From contig OX597829.1 of NCBI GenBank assembly GCA_951406725.2, positions 27,590,001-27,654,000 of the forward strand: DNA of 64,000 nt, written 5' to 3'. Positions 51,178-64,000 of the stretch are shown here, piece after piece (position 1 is the first letter of the stretch; the number at the start of each line of letters is the position of its first letter). A program made the position numbers and the translations under genes. The notes under the pieces were generated by a model. It did no database searches. It was not told the DNA's origin and was given only the letters and a program-made list of their open reading frames with translations. The DNA is from Octopus vulgaris (Eukaryota).

Positions 51178-52737
51178 ATATTTTACTATAAAATTGGATT
51201 TAACCCTAAATCTGATTTTCCCCTGTAATTTTGGATTCATTCCCTAATATTTATTATATATATATATGCATATATATGTATATATAATATGCATATATAT
51301 ATGTATATATATATATGTATATATATATATTGTATATATTACATATATATATTATATATATATATATGTATATATATATATTATATATACATATATGTAT
51401 ATATATATATGCATATATATGTATATATATATGCATATATATATATATATATATATGCATGTATATATAAGTATATATATGCGCACACTCACACGCACAC
51501 ACATATCTATAACTTACTACTTTACTTTCTCTTTTTCGCTTGTTTGACCAAAAGAATCGGCTACGGCAAGCAAATATAAATATTTTTTAAAAAACGCATT
51601 TGGCCAAATTTGTAAATACGACAGTTTAACATAATAGCAACGATGTGTGTGTGTTTTATACACATGCAAATGTATATGTACGTGCACAAACATATTTGTG
51701 TATCTATGCATGTAAGAATTGATTGTTCGAAGATCATCTTTTAGTTTGGCAAAATTACCTATCTCAAGTGTTTTCTTATCTTATCTTGTCTCTTAAAGTG
51801 ATTATTTTATTTATTTATTTATCAACTGGAGTTTGTTTTAAAAGAACTTTTTTTTACGACTTCGTCCTTTCAATCATTTGTTTTCACTTGGAAATTTTCT
51901 AGAGCATTTTTTATGCTTTTAATGTCACTTTGACTTAACGTATACTATTTCACATTATATTATTTGTACACTATCTCGACAGAGTATCAGGTTTTATTTA
52001 ATTTGAAGTATTTATTCCCGTCACACTATATACATACACCTCGAAGTTCAAATCCTGTCGTAATTAATTTTGTCTTTCATTCTTCTGCATCGATAAAACA
52101 ACTCGGAGTTAATTTACTAGTCTTGTTTTAAATGATTGTGCTACTTCATTATCAGCCAGGTTACCACTCACCGATTCCAGTGGTCGGCTTTCTAAAGTAG
52201 TTCTGTGGATTTCAAATTTACTGTTTTGCTTGAGTGGACCTTCAAAGGCCTTACATAGGACCCCCAGTGATCATATGAACCTTGGTTGAGGTGATCAGTA
52301 GCACCCTTAAACAGCCTCGAAGATCACTTGGAATTGAACATTTTAAAATAGGTTGCTACTCTTGCGCATCCATTTCATGTAATGTTGGCTGTGATCAGGC
52401 TAAAAACGCCAGTGGAGGAAGCTTGCCCTCCATTTCGCTGAGCAACGCTGGAGAACTTAATATCAGATGGGTGTTTTAGTGAATATCTTACCATAGTTTA
52501 TTAGTCTACCTTTAACACCAAAATTCTTCTCTAATATCTGTATTTTTTTTCTCATTTTAGTTTACACTGTACATTCAACACAGTATACTTAACTCATTTC
52601 TTCTCAGTTAGTCCTTATACATTTCATCATTACTCCATCTATATATCACAGTTTATTTGATATATATTCTCAAATGGCAATAGAGTTTTCCTTTTTCTTT
52701 CTTTTTCACTTTTTTTGCTATCAATATTAAGAAACTC

Positions 52738-52960
52738 TAAGGCAGAGAGAGCTGGCAGAATAGTTACCACGCCGGGGGAAATGCTTAGCGGCACTTCGTT
52801 TGTCTTTACCTTCTGGGTTCAAATTCCACCGAGGTCGACTTTGCTTTTCATCCTTTTGAGGTTGATAAAATAAGTTCCAGTCAAGCACTGGAGTCGATGT
52901 AATCGACTTACCCCTCCTCTGAAATTGCTGGTCTTGTGTCAAATTTTCAAATCAGTATTA
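52738..52960 (+). mobile_element. SINE family B
   Basis: Full-length consensus match. Confidence 0.8.
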
Positions 52961-53875
52961 AGAAACACTAGGGAGTGCTCTACAACAAAGAAGGTACTTC
53001 AAAGAATAAGCCCACCCTCCTATTCCCATAAAAATGTTTCAGCCCTTAACTCTAATGCACTCCAATACTTCACGCCGTATCCAGGCCATAATTCTTATAT
53101 ATTTCACCCTTCTACTGAAGCCTTTTGTACCACTTGCATGCATGCGGTAGAACCTCTACTTACCATGCTGCTTAGGTGTCTGAAACCTAGTTAGATTTAT
53201 GGCTGATGTTTTAACCATTCGGATACTCATTATTACTATTCCATATCTTCACTATTGCAACATGTCGCTTCAATAAAACTTTGTCTTCTCTGGTTGTTTT
53301 GTAGCATTAAGCTTTTCCAGTGCAGCTTCTGGTGCACATGAACTTTTATTCTGCGGTCTTTTTCATTAAGAGAGTCGAGTGTGAATTCAGGGAGATTTGA
53401 CCGCTATTACTACCAGTAAACAGCTTGTAGAGGTTCTCCTCGTTGACTCATATCCTGCAATAGTAGGATGTAATTCGAAGGAGATTTAGCTGTTATTTTA
53501 ATAGAAAGCTAAGTGATAACGTAGAGGTTGGCTTTATACATAGACGGCAATGGAGGGTAGTTTGAGGAAAATTGCGCAGTTGTTTATAATAAGAGCGGAA
53601 TCAGGCGTCCGCTCACGTAGAATCTCCCTTTTAGGTTCATATGTGTGTGGTGAGATGGGGTATTTGTCATAAACTTAAATGAGTAAATCGATATATCTCA
53701 TCATCCATGTTACTCTTACAACCTTTACAATAAATAGTTTCAGGCTTTTTTCACGATGATCTCATAATACGGACTTTATTACTTCATATTCTGACGGTGG
53801 AAATCCCTCACCATATCCATGAACTTATACCGCGATTAAGAGGCCGCTCTATATACAAGAAATTAAAGCTTTATG

Positions 53876-54294
53876 GGCGATCTTTCGTCTCTAGTAGACC
53901 TTTCCGTCGATTTCCGTAAAAAAATTTTTTTTTTTTTCACATATGGGCTTGCGGGAACTTTTGAAGTAATATACATACATATACACATACACCGAGTAAA
54001 AAATTTCAGTTATCTCTTTCTTTCACACATTACTCTATCTCTTCACACATACTAACAGAAGCACTTCACTTACACAACATACTGTCTGTCTCCCACACCC
54101 CATCAAACACACACACATGTACATCAATGCTTCACATGCACGGTAACTTGAAAAGAACTTCCCTCGTCATACAATCGCTTTCTCTTAGTCTCTTTCGCTC
54201 TCATTACTTCAAAAGTTCCCGCAAGCCCATATGTAAAAAAAAAATTTTTCTTACGGAAATCGACGGAAAGGTCTACTAGAGACGAAAGATTGCC
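53876..54294. mobile_element. MITE with ~95-bp TIRs and perfect 8-bp TSD (Merlin-like)
   Basis: TSD GCTTTATG at 53868-53875 and 54295-54302; termini GGCGATC / GATTGCC. Confidence 0.85.
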
Positions 54295-55930
54295 GCTTTA
54301 TGTGTTAGTAATGTCGCATAAGCGGAGTACAAACTACAGAGCCTTCGGTGAAAGAAAAAACTAAAAATGTTTTCACAAATTTTGTTAAATATTAATATCA
54401 TCGAATTTATCGATCACCCATCGTTTGATTAGTACTTACTTAATTTATCGGGACCTTCGCCGGATATCAACTCAGAATATAAAACACTACAGCTCGCAGA
54501 TCGTTCTGAGTTCAAATCCCGCCGAGGCCAACTTTACCTTTCATTCTTTCAGAGTCGATTAAATAAATACTACTTATCGGAAGAGGGATGATGTATGTGA
54601 TAGACTAGCTCTTTTGTGTCCTATAGTATACTATAGAAATTTCTTTTTGGTAGAATGGTCTGCTTTCTATGCTGTCAAGTTACTTTTCCATGTATTTAAT
54701 TTATTCCAAAACAAAGAATTCCAGCAATAATTCTTCTCCACTTTATTTCTTTGTCTTCCTGTTTTTCAACCAAATCCTTTCTTATTCACCATTTTGTCCT
54801 TTTCCTGCCCTCTCGTCTCCATAAAACTCCTTGTCACGTATTAGTATTATTATTTGGTTATTTAGGGGGTTATCCTTTACAGTTGACTCCCACTCTTTCC
54901 CTAGTTCTACGCAAACGTTTTTAATACATCTCTGGACATGTGCTTTATATTCTCTATAATCTTATCTTTTCCTCCATGCTTGAAAGTTTTTTACGTACGT
55001 ACACACATACGCACACCACACCACACGCAAGCGCAAATACTTATATACATACACACACACACACACGTATCCATACATGTATACATACACGTGTGTATTT
55101 ACCAGCTTCCTGTTCTAACGTCTTTGAAATATTATCTCTGTAACTTCAGCTGATGAAAAGAAGAGAGTGAAAAGTTTATTTGTCCTTTTTTTACACTCAA
55201 TAAATGTCCGCAACACAGCCACCGATATCACCACTGCCTCCTTTTACCATCATCATCATTAAGCATGCTTTCTAGTTTGGGGTTGTTATTTTTTTTTTTC
55301 TCTCTCGCTCTCTCTCTCTCTCTCTCTTTTGTTTCTGTCGTCGTGCTGCTGTCTTTCGAACGAAACTTCTTTACAACTGTTTGCTCCCTTGATATCCTTG
55401 AGATATCCGCTTGGTCGTAACAGCAATTAAGATATAAACAAAAAACATTTTATTTGCTACAAAGTTGGTTTATTGGTTCGTAAACATTGCCATACTATTT
55501 ATTTTCAACGACCAAGTCAATGTAAAGCCTTGTGGCAACACTTCTTCTTTTTTTTTTTTATCTCTTTTCTTCCTTTTTTTTTTGTCATTGTTTTTATCAC
55601 GTGGTTTGGTTGGTCGGTCGTTGGTTTAACAACAACAAAACTATTTTCCCAGCTAAACTTATTTTCTTCAAGAACATTTTTCTAGGGCATTAACACTCAC
55701 TACCACACCGCACAACCACTACTACTACCACCACCACCACCGCTATGAACCTGTTGTTGTTAGTCTCTGTCTATACGGTTGATTGCTACGTATGCGAAAG
55801 ACTATATACTGTGTAGAGTTGTTGGCCGAAAAGTTGCTTCACTCCACAACCCTACCCAACTCTACAACTCAGTTTAAATGCTTAGCTGTCTTGGCGGCTA
55901 TTTTCTGTAACAAGCCTAACAGAAGTTGTT

Positions 55931-55984
<54 letters not shown>

Positions 55985-56035
55985 CACGTTTTATGTGTAA
56001 TATATAAATTAAATATAAATATATTATATATTGTT

Positions 56036-56068
<33 letters not shown>

Positions 56069-57968
56069 ATAAATATATGCTTTTTATATAAATATATATA
56101 ATTTATGTATATATAATTAAAATATAAATATATGCTGTTTATATGAATATAATTTATATATATATATATATATATATGATGAAAATATAGATATATAATT
56201 CATGTATTAATATATAAAGATATGTTATATATATATGTATAAATATATAAAAATGTTTTATATATATATACTGCTTATATAAATATATAATTTATGTATA
56301 AATATGAATATATGTTATATATTATATTATATTATATTATATTATATTATATTATATTATTTTATATTACATGATATGTATTCATATATCGAAATGAAAA
56401 TGAGCTAAGAGAAATAACTGTCATGGCGGTCATAATTACGTGTGATCCTTCTTCTCTACGTCGTTTTAATTCACTCTGCTAATTCTGCTCTCAGCAAAGG
56501 CTGATTTTTTATTTCTAGTGAAATTCAACTCATGCTTATTGTTGTAATTGAAAAAAAAACTAAGTTGTTCTTAGGCTGTTGTCATGTCCAGTAATGTGTT
56601 GCTTGTGGCTATTCTAACTCGCTCCGCTACCATATCAGCGTGTGTGTGTGTGTATGGTAAATATGTCGAATAGCGGCGTTATTTCCACAAAATTAATAAT
56701 GTATACAAAAGGAAAAAACAAACATTGTTTACTTGAAAATACTATAACGAAAATCGGATATTCTTTATTTATTTATTTATTAATTTTTTTTTTCATATTT
56801 TTTACTACGAAGAAAAATTCATTTTAAAGCCACGTGTGTTTATAACGAGATGGGGATACGGTTTAGGTAACTTTAGATACATTTTTCGAAAATATGCAAT
56901 TTAGTTGAGAGTTTTTTTTTCTAGGTCTTTGTTTCGGCATTTCAAACAAACCATACCTATAATAGTTTTTTATGCACCCTATATTTATTCATTTTTTTTT
57001 TCACAATTATACAATGAATTCTACACTCACGCACAGATGTGTCTAATTGTAGAAGACGGAATGTGCGTTTGCGTATGTATGCGTAGTGCAGTGGAGTGCT
57101 TATTGCGATCGCTTTGGAACAAAGCTTCTAACGATAACAATAAATGGCTGATGGTATTCAGCAAATGTAACTTATGACCTAATAATTTTGATTACAATAA
57201 CCGGTTATACGTGATTATGAATTAGTGGATTGTGCTTTGTGTGTATCTGTCTATATATATATATATATATAAGATATAAAGATACACACACACATATGAT
57301 ATAAATATATTTATATATATATAATATAATATGTACATAAAAGAAATATAAGATATATATATTTATGTATATATAATGTGTATAAAATGTTTATATATAT
57401 ACACACACGCATACATACATACACGCGCGCGCACACATATCTTTATCTATCTATCTATATAATGGAATTTTGGTTTATTATTAATATTTTGTTTTCATTT
57501 TACGAAATTAATGAAACACGAACGGAAACTTCACCAAATCGATCGATTAGTTCATGTCATTAAAATGGGGGAATAAATAAATAAATATTGTTTAAATTGA
57601 TTTTAGCCCGTTTGAAATATTAATTTATACTGCTCTAATTTGTTCAAGCTTTAACGGATAATTATTTTTGTAAATTCCGCATTATTTCATGCATCCTACA
57701 TTTTCATAAACTTAATTCAAAAATAAAGCACATCTGTGTCTGTCTGTCTGTCTGTCTGTCCGTCTCTCTTTCTTTCCCTCTTGCGTGTGTATGTAATTGT
57801 AAAGCGATATTTAAAAACTTTTGTCAAATGCAATCCCATTTTTGTTCTTTTTTTTTTTTAAATTTAAATTATGAATCTAAAAACAAAATGCTTTTAACTT
57901 TTACGAAATGAGATTTTAAATTGATTTCAGTTAGTGATGATGACGTAACAACCATTATTATTCTATTC

Positions 57969-58214
57969 GTTAAATTAAGTTGATCAGACTGTGTACATGT
58001 TTGTGTGCTTGGTGTGTGTATCATTTGATTGGATTTTCAGCGACCATACTAGGCTATCGTTCTTTAAGGGCTGACCACTTCATGGTAAACGTTGAGTAGA
58101 TAAAAAGCAAACTCGACTGGTGCGGGATTTGAACAAATCGTGAATTACACAAAGGACCTTAATCGATTTTGTTATAACCCTGTCATATACATACATACAT
58201 ACATACTCGCACAC

Positions 58215-58291
<77 letters not shown>

Positions 58292-58855
58292 TGCATGCAT
58301 GCATACATACATACATACATACATACATACATACATACACACATACATACACACATACATACATACATACATACATACATACATACAGTGTTGAATATCG
58401 GAAGAAAGAGTGCTCGATACCATACCAGAGTTTAATATAGTTTATGTTTAACAGATAAATTGATATCTAGCTTTGATACTCCTTCAAAAATAGTCTTTTG
58501 TAACTGTGTGTCATCATATATAATTTTTTAAAATACACTACCTTTATTTCAGTTATTTTAAAAAATACCGAAGAATTTAGTTTAAAAAAGGAACTCTCAT
58601 TATTAATTAGTGTTTGGGAAATAAATTAACATGAGACTATGAAGGAAAATTTTAGTCTAGATCAGGTTAAATTAAGTTGATCAGACTGTGTACATGTTTG
58701 TGTGCTTGGTGTATGTATCATTTGATTGGATTTTCAGCGATCATACTAGGCTATCGTTCTTTAAGGGCTGACCACTTCATGGTAAACGTTGAGTAGATAA
58801 AAAGCAAACTCGACTGGTGCGGGATTTGAACAAATCGTGAATTACACAAAGGACC
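57969..58855. repeat. 190-bp near-identical direct duplication (57969-58158 and 58666-58855)
   Basis: About 2 substitutions seen; contains a minus-strand B-box-like GTTCAAATCCC. Confidence 0.9.
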
Positions 58856-59984
58856 GTAATTTAGCTGCATATTTCTGTTACAATACATTGTCTTTATTTA
58901 AATTAATTTTGAAAACAATGATTAATTTGGGGGAGAAAATGCCATTATTAAACTGGTATTTAGAATATAAATTAACGTGATGGAAGGCTTTAAACTTAGA
59001 TCACGTTAATACAGGAAGTTTGCGTCATGGAACTAAGGATGGTCCCTGGTGGGTTGGCATTTAAACGGTTAATGTATAATATCTATAATCTGAACAAGTA
59101 GTCCACAATAAGTCTGGAAGATCTGTGGAAAACACCAATTGAAGAAAGCAAACTGAAAACAATTCTATAATAACGGTGTATCTTCACTGCTATAAAACCT
59201 TGAAATCTTTCCAATTGAGCTGAGCGCGTGCGCGCGTGCACACATATAAGGAATGGAGTTGGAAGCAACTTGATATTATGAACGAGGGAAATATGTCAGT
59301 AAGCGGTAGGTACAAGAAAACATCTAGATATGAGTGAGACTAGTCAGAAGTTCACCTTTTTTTAAATATGTTTTTCTTGTTTAACTGCACCAGTCTTAGT
59401 GCAAACAACGAATGCGTTCATGGTCTTTTGGAAGTTGTAAACGGTCCAGCTTTTTGCGCAATGTCTCAAAAATCTTTATGACATATGACGTGGTTTAAAG
59501 TTTAAGACAGCATAACGGATTCTCTTTTCATTTAAGTGATCAAATAATGTATGATGGCATGAAGGTTACGTGGCTGTAAAATAGGAACAGCTATAAAAGT
59601 AAAGGTGTGGGTGACGAAGAACAATAATAGCTCAAAAGATATGGCACATAAACTTGTAAATTAAGATACATGTTGGCTGGTGTGAGACAGCAACAAGTTG
59701 ACAACTGGGGGTTATTTTTTGTTATATATACCCATACATACGCAAACACCACACACATACACACACACACGTTTGCATACATACATACATACATACATAT
59801 ATATATATGGAACTCGACTGAGGAAAGAAAACTCCGAATGACCCGTCCTTGTTATCTTTGTATCGTCTATCTGGATGTTTTGTTGTCTCTTTTTTGTATC
59901 ACCTAACTGTCTTGATGTTTTGCGTTCTTGCCCTATTTTGTATTTTTTATATATAAAACATATAACGGCGTACGTACACTTTGG

Positions 59985-60040
<56 letters not shown>

Positions 60041-61249
60041 ATCAAGTGATGATATCCACATTATTAAAGTTTACTTCTCACTTTCAAAAGGTACGTTTTT
60101 TTCTTATTACCTGGATGGTATTCTAAAAACAGGTGACAGTAGGGGTTGGGTACAGAATAATACGAAAACAATAACCCTTTTGATAAAAAAGAAAAAGGTT
60201 GGGTCAGATCTTTGTTTTTAAATTTATTCATTTGCCACAAATTTTTGCTTACCAATATAATCTGCAGATTACATGTTTCTATAGTAGCCACGAAAGACAT
60301 CACTTATGTGATATATCAATGCTCTTGAAAAGAGCAAATAACCTTTATGAATTCAACCCACCAAAGGATGCCTCGGATTCAGTGATACAAACTTCCTGTG
60401 TTATTGTAATCTAAGGGTAAAATCTTCCATCAAAATTTCAAGTTAATTTATGTTCCAAACATCAGCTTAATAACGATAACGTCATTTTACTAACTTCATT
60501 ATTTTCGAAGTTAAAACAAAGGCATTGTTCTTTACGAGATGTATGGTAATATGCGGGTTAAAATTGATGTCTTGAAGACCCTATATAGCTAGAAAGGCTT
60601 TTTCAACTGGCTATCGATTTAAGTTGAGGCATCATCATCAAAATTATTTTTATGCCTGTTTTTTTTTTTTTCTGTGCTGGCATGATTTGGACGAAGGCAC
60701 TGATCTGTGGGATTATCTTCTTCAAACCAATCTTTGCTCATCGTAACACCAACCGTCTCTTGTTTTGCAAGTACGGTATTCCGTTTGACTTTGTATGTCG
60801 CGCAGTCAAAGCTATGAGATGTAATATTGTCTGTGAAACACACAAAGAAACCTCACTGCTGTCCAAGGCCTGCAAATCGGAAGACATGTGGAAAAACACA
60901 AACACGCACACACACACAGTGTATTGATTGGAGAAAACTATCTTGGGTTTGCATCTAAGTGTGCAGAAGAAGTTGGGTTCAGCTATACAGTTCAGAGGAT
61001 AAAGTAAATAGGTGACAGGATATTACATGAACATACAAACAAGCAGTTGTGTGCTTTGAAGGTCACAAGATAGCAGCTGAAAGTGGCACAGCTGAAGACA
61101 AACTGTATTTAAGAAATAATCAAATCTACTTAGTATGTGCGATACAGAAGTAATGTGTGAGAATGTGTAGGTAAGCACATATATATATATGTGTGTGTGT
61201 ATGTATATACATGTATATGTATATATGTATTTGTATTTCTATATGTATC

Positions 61250-61284
<35 letters not shown>

Positions 61285-61387
61285 TAACGATATTTTATTA
61301 TTGCGTCTCTAATATTTCTGTGAACACCTGGTGGTTCATAAAGAGATTATTATTATTATTACTACTACTACTATTGTTGTTGCTATT

Positions 61388-61820
61388 GAAGGCGGTGAGC
61401 TGGTTGAATCGGTAGCACACCGGACAAAATGCTTTGCTTTTCATCTTTTCGGGGTTGACTAACTATGTACCAGTTACACACTAGGGTGATGTAATCAACT
61501 TAAACCTTTGCCCCAAATGTGAGGCCGTGTGCTTCCAGTAGAAAAGATTGTTGTTGTTGTTGTTGTTGTCGTCGTCGTCGTCGTCGTCGTCGTCAATATT
61601 ATTATTATTGAAGACAGTGAGCTGGTTGAATTGTTAGCACGCCGGACAAAATGCTTAGTGGCGTTCTGAGTTCAGATTCCGCCGGGGTCGTCTTTGCCTT
61701 TCTTCCTTTCGGGGTCGATGAAATAAATACCAGTCAGATACTAGGGACGATGTAATCGACTAGAACCCCCATCACCCGTCAAAAAGTACAGACTATGTGC
61801 CTATAGAAGCAAGAATTATA
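61388..61820 (+). mobile_element. Two tandem SINE family B copies
   Basis: Heads GGCGGTGAGCTGG and GACAGTGAGCTGG; (GTT)n(GTC)n linker. Confidence 0.75.
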
Positions 61821-62284
61821 CATACGTACATGTGTGTGTGTGTATAGTATCTCTGCAAATTAAGTCTGAGAAGCGTGTGAATGATTCTGATATTAACTGT
61901 TAAGCATCGACGTATCTAATAAGTCAGGAGAGTACGATAAATAGTTGGGACAATATTGTAAGAAACTGATATTGGTTCTTTTTGGGTTTTTTTTAACATC
62001 TCATCTAGTACAAAATATCACTGTCTCATAGCGCTCTGCGGTATTTAACTACTGAGATGCCACAATCATGCTTTTTATGATGTTGCTTGAGATAGACAAA
62101 CGCATGTTATATATGAAAACACGCGCACATACAAGGCACAGCTGTCGTTATGTGATAAGAAGTTTGCTTCCTAACCAATGGCTCCGGCTTCAGTCCCACT
62201 GCGTGTCACCTTGGGGAAAGTACCTTCTACTAAAGCCCCATGTTGACCAAAGTTTTGTGGTTGGATTTGGTAAGAAACCTTCCG

Positions 62285-62334
<50 letters not shown>

Positions 62335-62342
<8 letters not shown>

Positions 62343-62555
62343 TGCTGAAAAGTTCCTGGCTTTAAAAGTTCCGTGAAGGGCCTGGTTGGAAGCCCAACCT
62401 TCCGAGTTCTTTTACAGGTCTTAGAAAAGACTGAAGGATCACTGCAATAAGTGTGTGAATCTGAGAGGGGAATATGTTCGATAAAATCATAATTATCTGA
62501 TCCTCTTGTATTTTCTTTTACCCACCAAAACCAGGAACTTTTCAACACCCTATCG
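62335..62555 (+). mobile_element. Mariner MITE (same family as 19590)
   Basis: TIR CGAGGGGGTGCTGAAAAGTTCCTGG; KCVNLRGEYV remnant. Confidence 0.8.
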
Positions 62556-62576
62556 TATATATCTCTATATAATATA

Positions 62577-62625
<49 letters not shown>

Positions 62626-62662
62626 CTCCGTCTTCCCTTCCTTGGATCTTTCCTTTTTCTAT

Positions 62663-62696
62663 ATTTCTGACGAAGAGCTTCGCTCGAAACGTTTAA
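62663..62696 (+). ncRNA. Minimal hammerhead motif in a PLE-like fragment (~62620-62805)
   Basis: CTGACGA-A-GAGC-TTC-GCTC-GAA-ACGT; same family as 41787; (TA)n on both sides. Confidence 0.55.
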
Positions 62697-62815
62697 CCCT
62701 CCTCTTTCTTTCCTTTCCTGTGCGTCCAAAACACTATACTTGTTCCACGTCCTCGCGTTGTTGTGTTTTCTCTTTGTGTTTTCATGTTTGGATTGACTTT
62801 AACTATATATATATA

Positions 62816-63207
62816 CTAGCAGTATCGCCCGGCGTTGCTCGGGTTTGTAAGGGAAATAACTATAAAGCATTTTTAGAGAGTTATAGCCAAAAAATAGCAA
62901 AAAAAATGCATTAAAAATGGAAAAAATATGATGGTAAATTATTTTAAAATCGCTGACTCATCGTAGACATTTTTAGAGAGTTACTTCCCTTATATTTAAA
63001 AAATATCCATTAAAATGGAAAATAATAATGGTAAATTATTTTTAAAATCGTAGACTATTTTTAAAATCGCTAATACCCAGAAGGGCTCGATATGAATCAC
63101 GACTATAAGATACCCGGTTTTGGTTAAACTACACCGCAAAATGTGGGAGTAGTTAGGAATCTAAATCGGAGTAGACAGACACACAACCTTACTTTTATAT
63201 ATAAAGA
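62816..63207 (-). mobile_element. Non-autonomous Helitron
   Basis: Same termini and body as 42486-42881. Confidence 0.9.
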
Positions 63208-63347
63208 TATAGTGTTTAAAACAGTTTGATTCGGTTCCAGAAGCCTTTTAAGTAATACATATAATTCCTACTAAACGTGTTGATTGACCTTTTCTTCCGT
63301 TTGTCCACTCTCTCGTGAATGTATGTATAAATATAATATATCTTATA

Positions 63348-63662
63348 AGACTCCGCCGGTTACGACGACGAGGGTCCCAGCTGATACGATCAACGGAACA
63401 GCTTGCTCGTGAAATTAACGTGCAAATGGCTGAGCATTCCACAGACACGTGTACCCTTAACGTGGTTCTCGGGGATAATCAGCGTGACACAGAGAGTGAC
63501 AAGGCTGACCCTTTGAAATACAAGTACAACTCATTTTTGCCAGCTGAGTGGACTGGAGCAACGTGAAATAAAGTGTCTTGCTCAAGGACACAACGCGTCG
63601 CCGGGAATCGAACTCACAACCTTACGATCATGAGCCGAATGTCCTAAGCCACGCGCCCTCAC
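63348..63662 (-). mobile_element. SINE family C, young
   Basis: Near-identical reverse complement of 38086-38406. Confidence 0.85.
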
Positions 63663-63718
<56 letters not shown>

Positions 63719-64000
63719 TATGGGTGTGTGTATTTATGTTTGTCCCCTTCGACCTCTTCACAATCAGTGTGATTTCTTCACGTTCCTGTTACTTAGTGGT
63801 CCCCGCAAAAGAGAGTGATATATTAGCTGGCAGGTTTTTTTTAAAAATAGATACACAACACAGATCGATTCGTTCGACTGAAAAGTGCTCCAAGCATGGT
63901 CTCAATCGAAAGACTGAAACAAGTAAAAGATAATATGTCATTGCATAAACAGCTACCGATTGACACTATATGAGAAATTATTTCTCATCTTTCTTATTAT

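Noticed and set aside
52190-53400. Possible coding exons
   Set aside because: No consistent frame or splice pair; more likely very old LINE debris that cannot be classified

Overview
AT-rich, repeat-dense eukaryotic (metazoan) DNA; the SINE repertoire and (TA)n/(CA)n load resemble an octopod genome (inference from memory, not searched). No intact host protein-coding gene is visible, and almost all ORF-track entries are microsatellite or satellite translations. Contents: (i) a ~14-kb degenerate pyrimidine-rich 29-41-bp satellite field (2.8-16.5 kb) whose unit drifts along the array and which has one inverted block bounded by inverted SINE copies; (ii) many tRNA-derived SINEs of at least 3-4 families; (iii) LINE remnants (R4/Dong-type RLE in (TAA)n, a young CR1-type 3' end, degraded RTE-type endonucleases); (iv) non-autonomous Helitrons and Tc1/mariner, hAT and Merlin-like MITEs; (v) a recurring class of short Penelope-like (PLE) pieces in (TA)n tracts carrying minimal type I hammerhead-ribozyme motifs, several as head-to-head palindromes (best: perfect 169-bp arms at 50833-51177); (vi) CpG-rich promoter-like segments near 20.4 and 22.0 kb, with candidate minus-strand non-coding exons to their left, suggesting the 5' end of a gene or lncRNA running off the left edge. 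Coordinates of degraded repeats are approximate.
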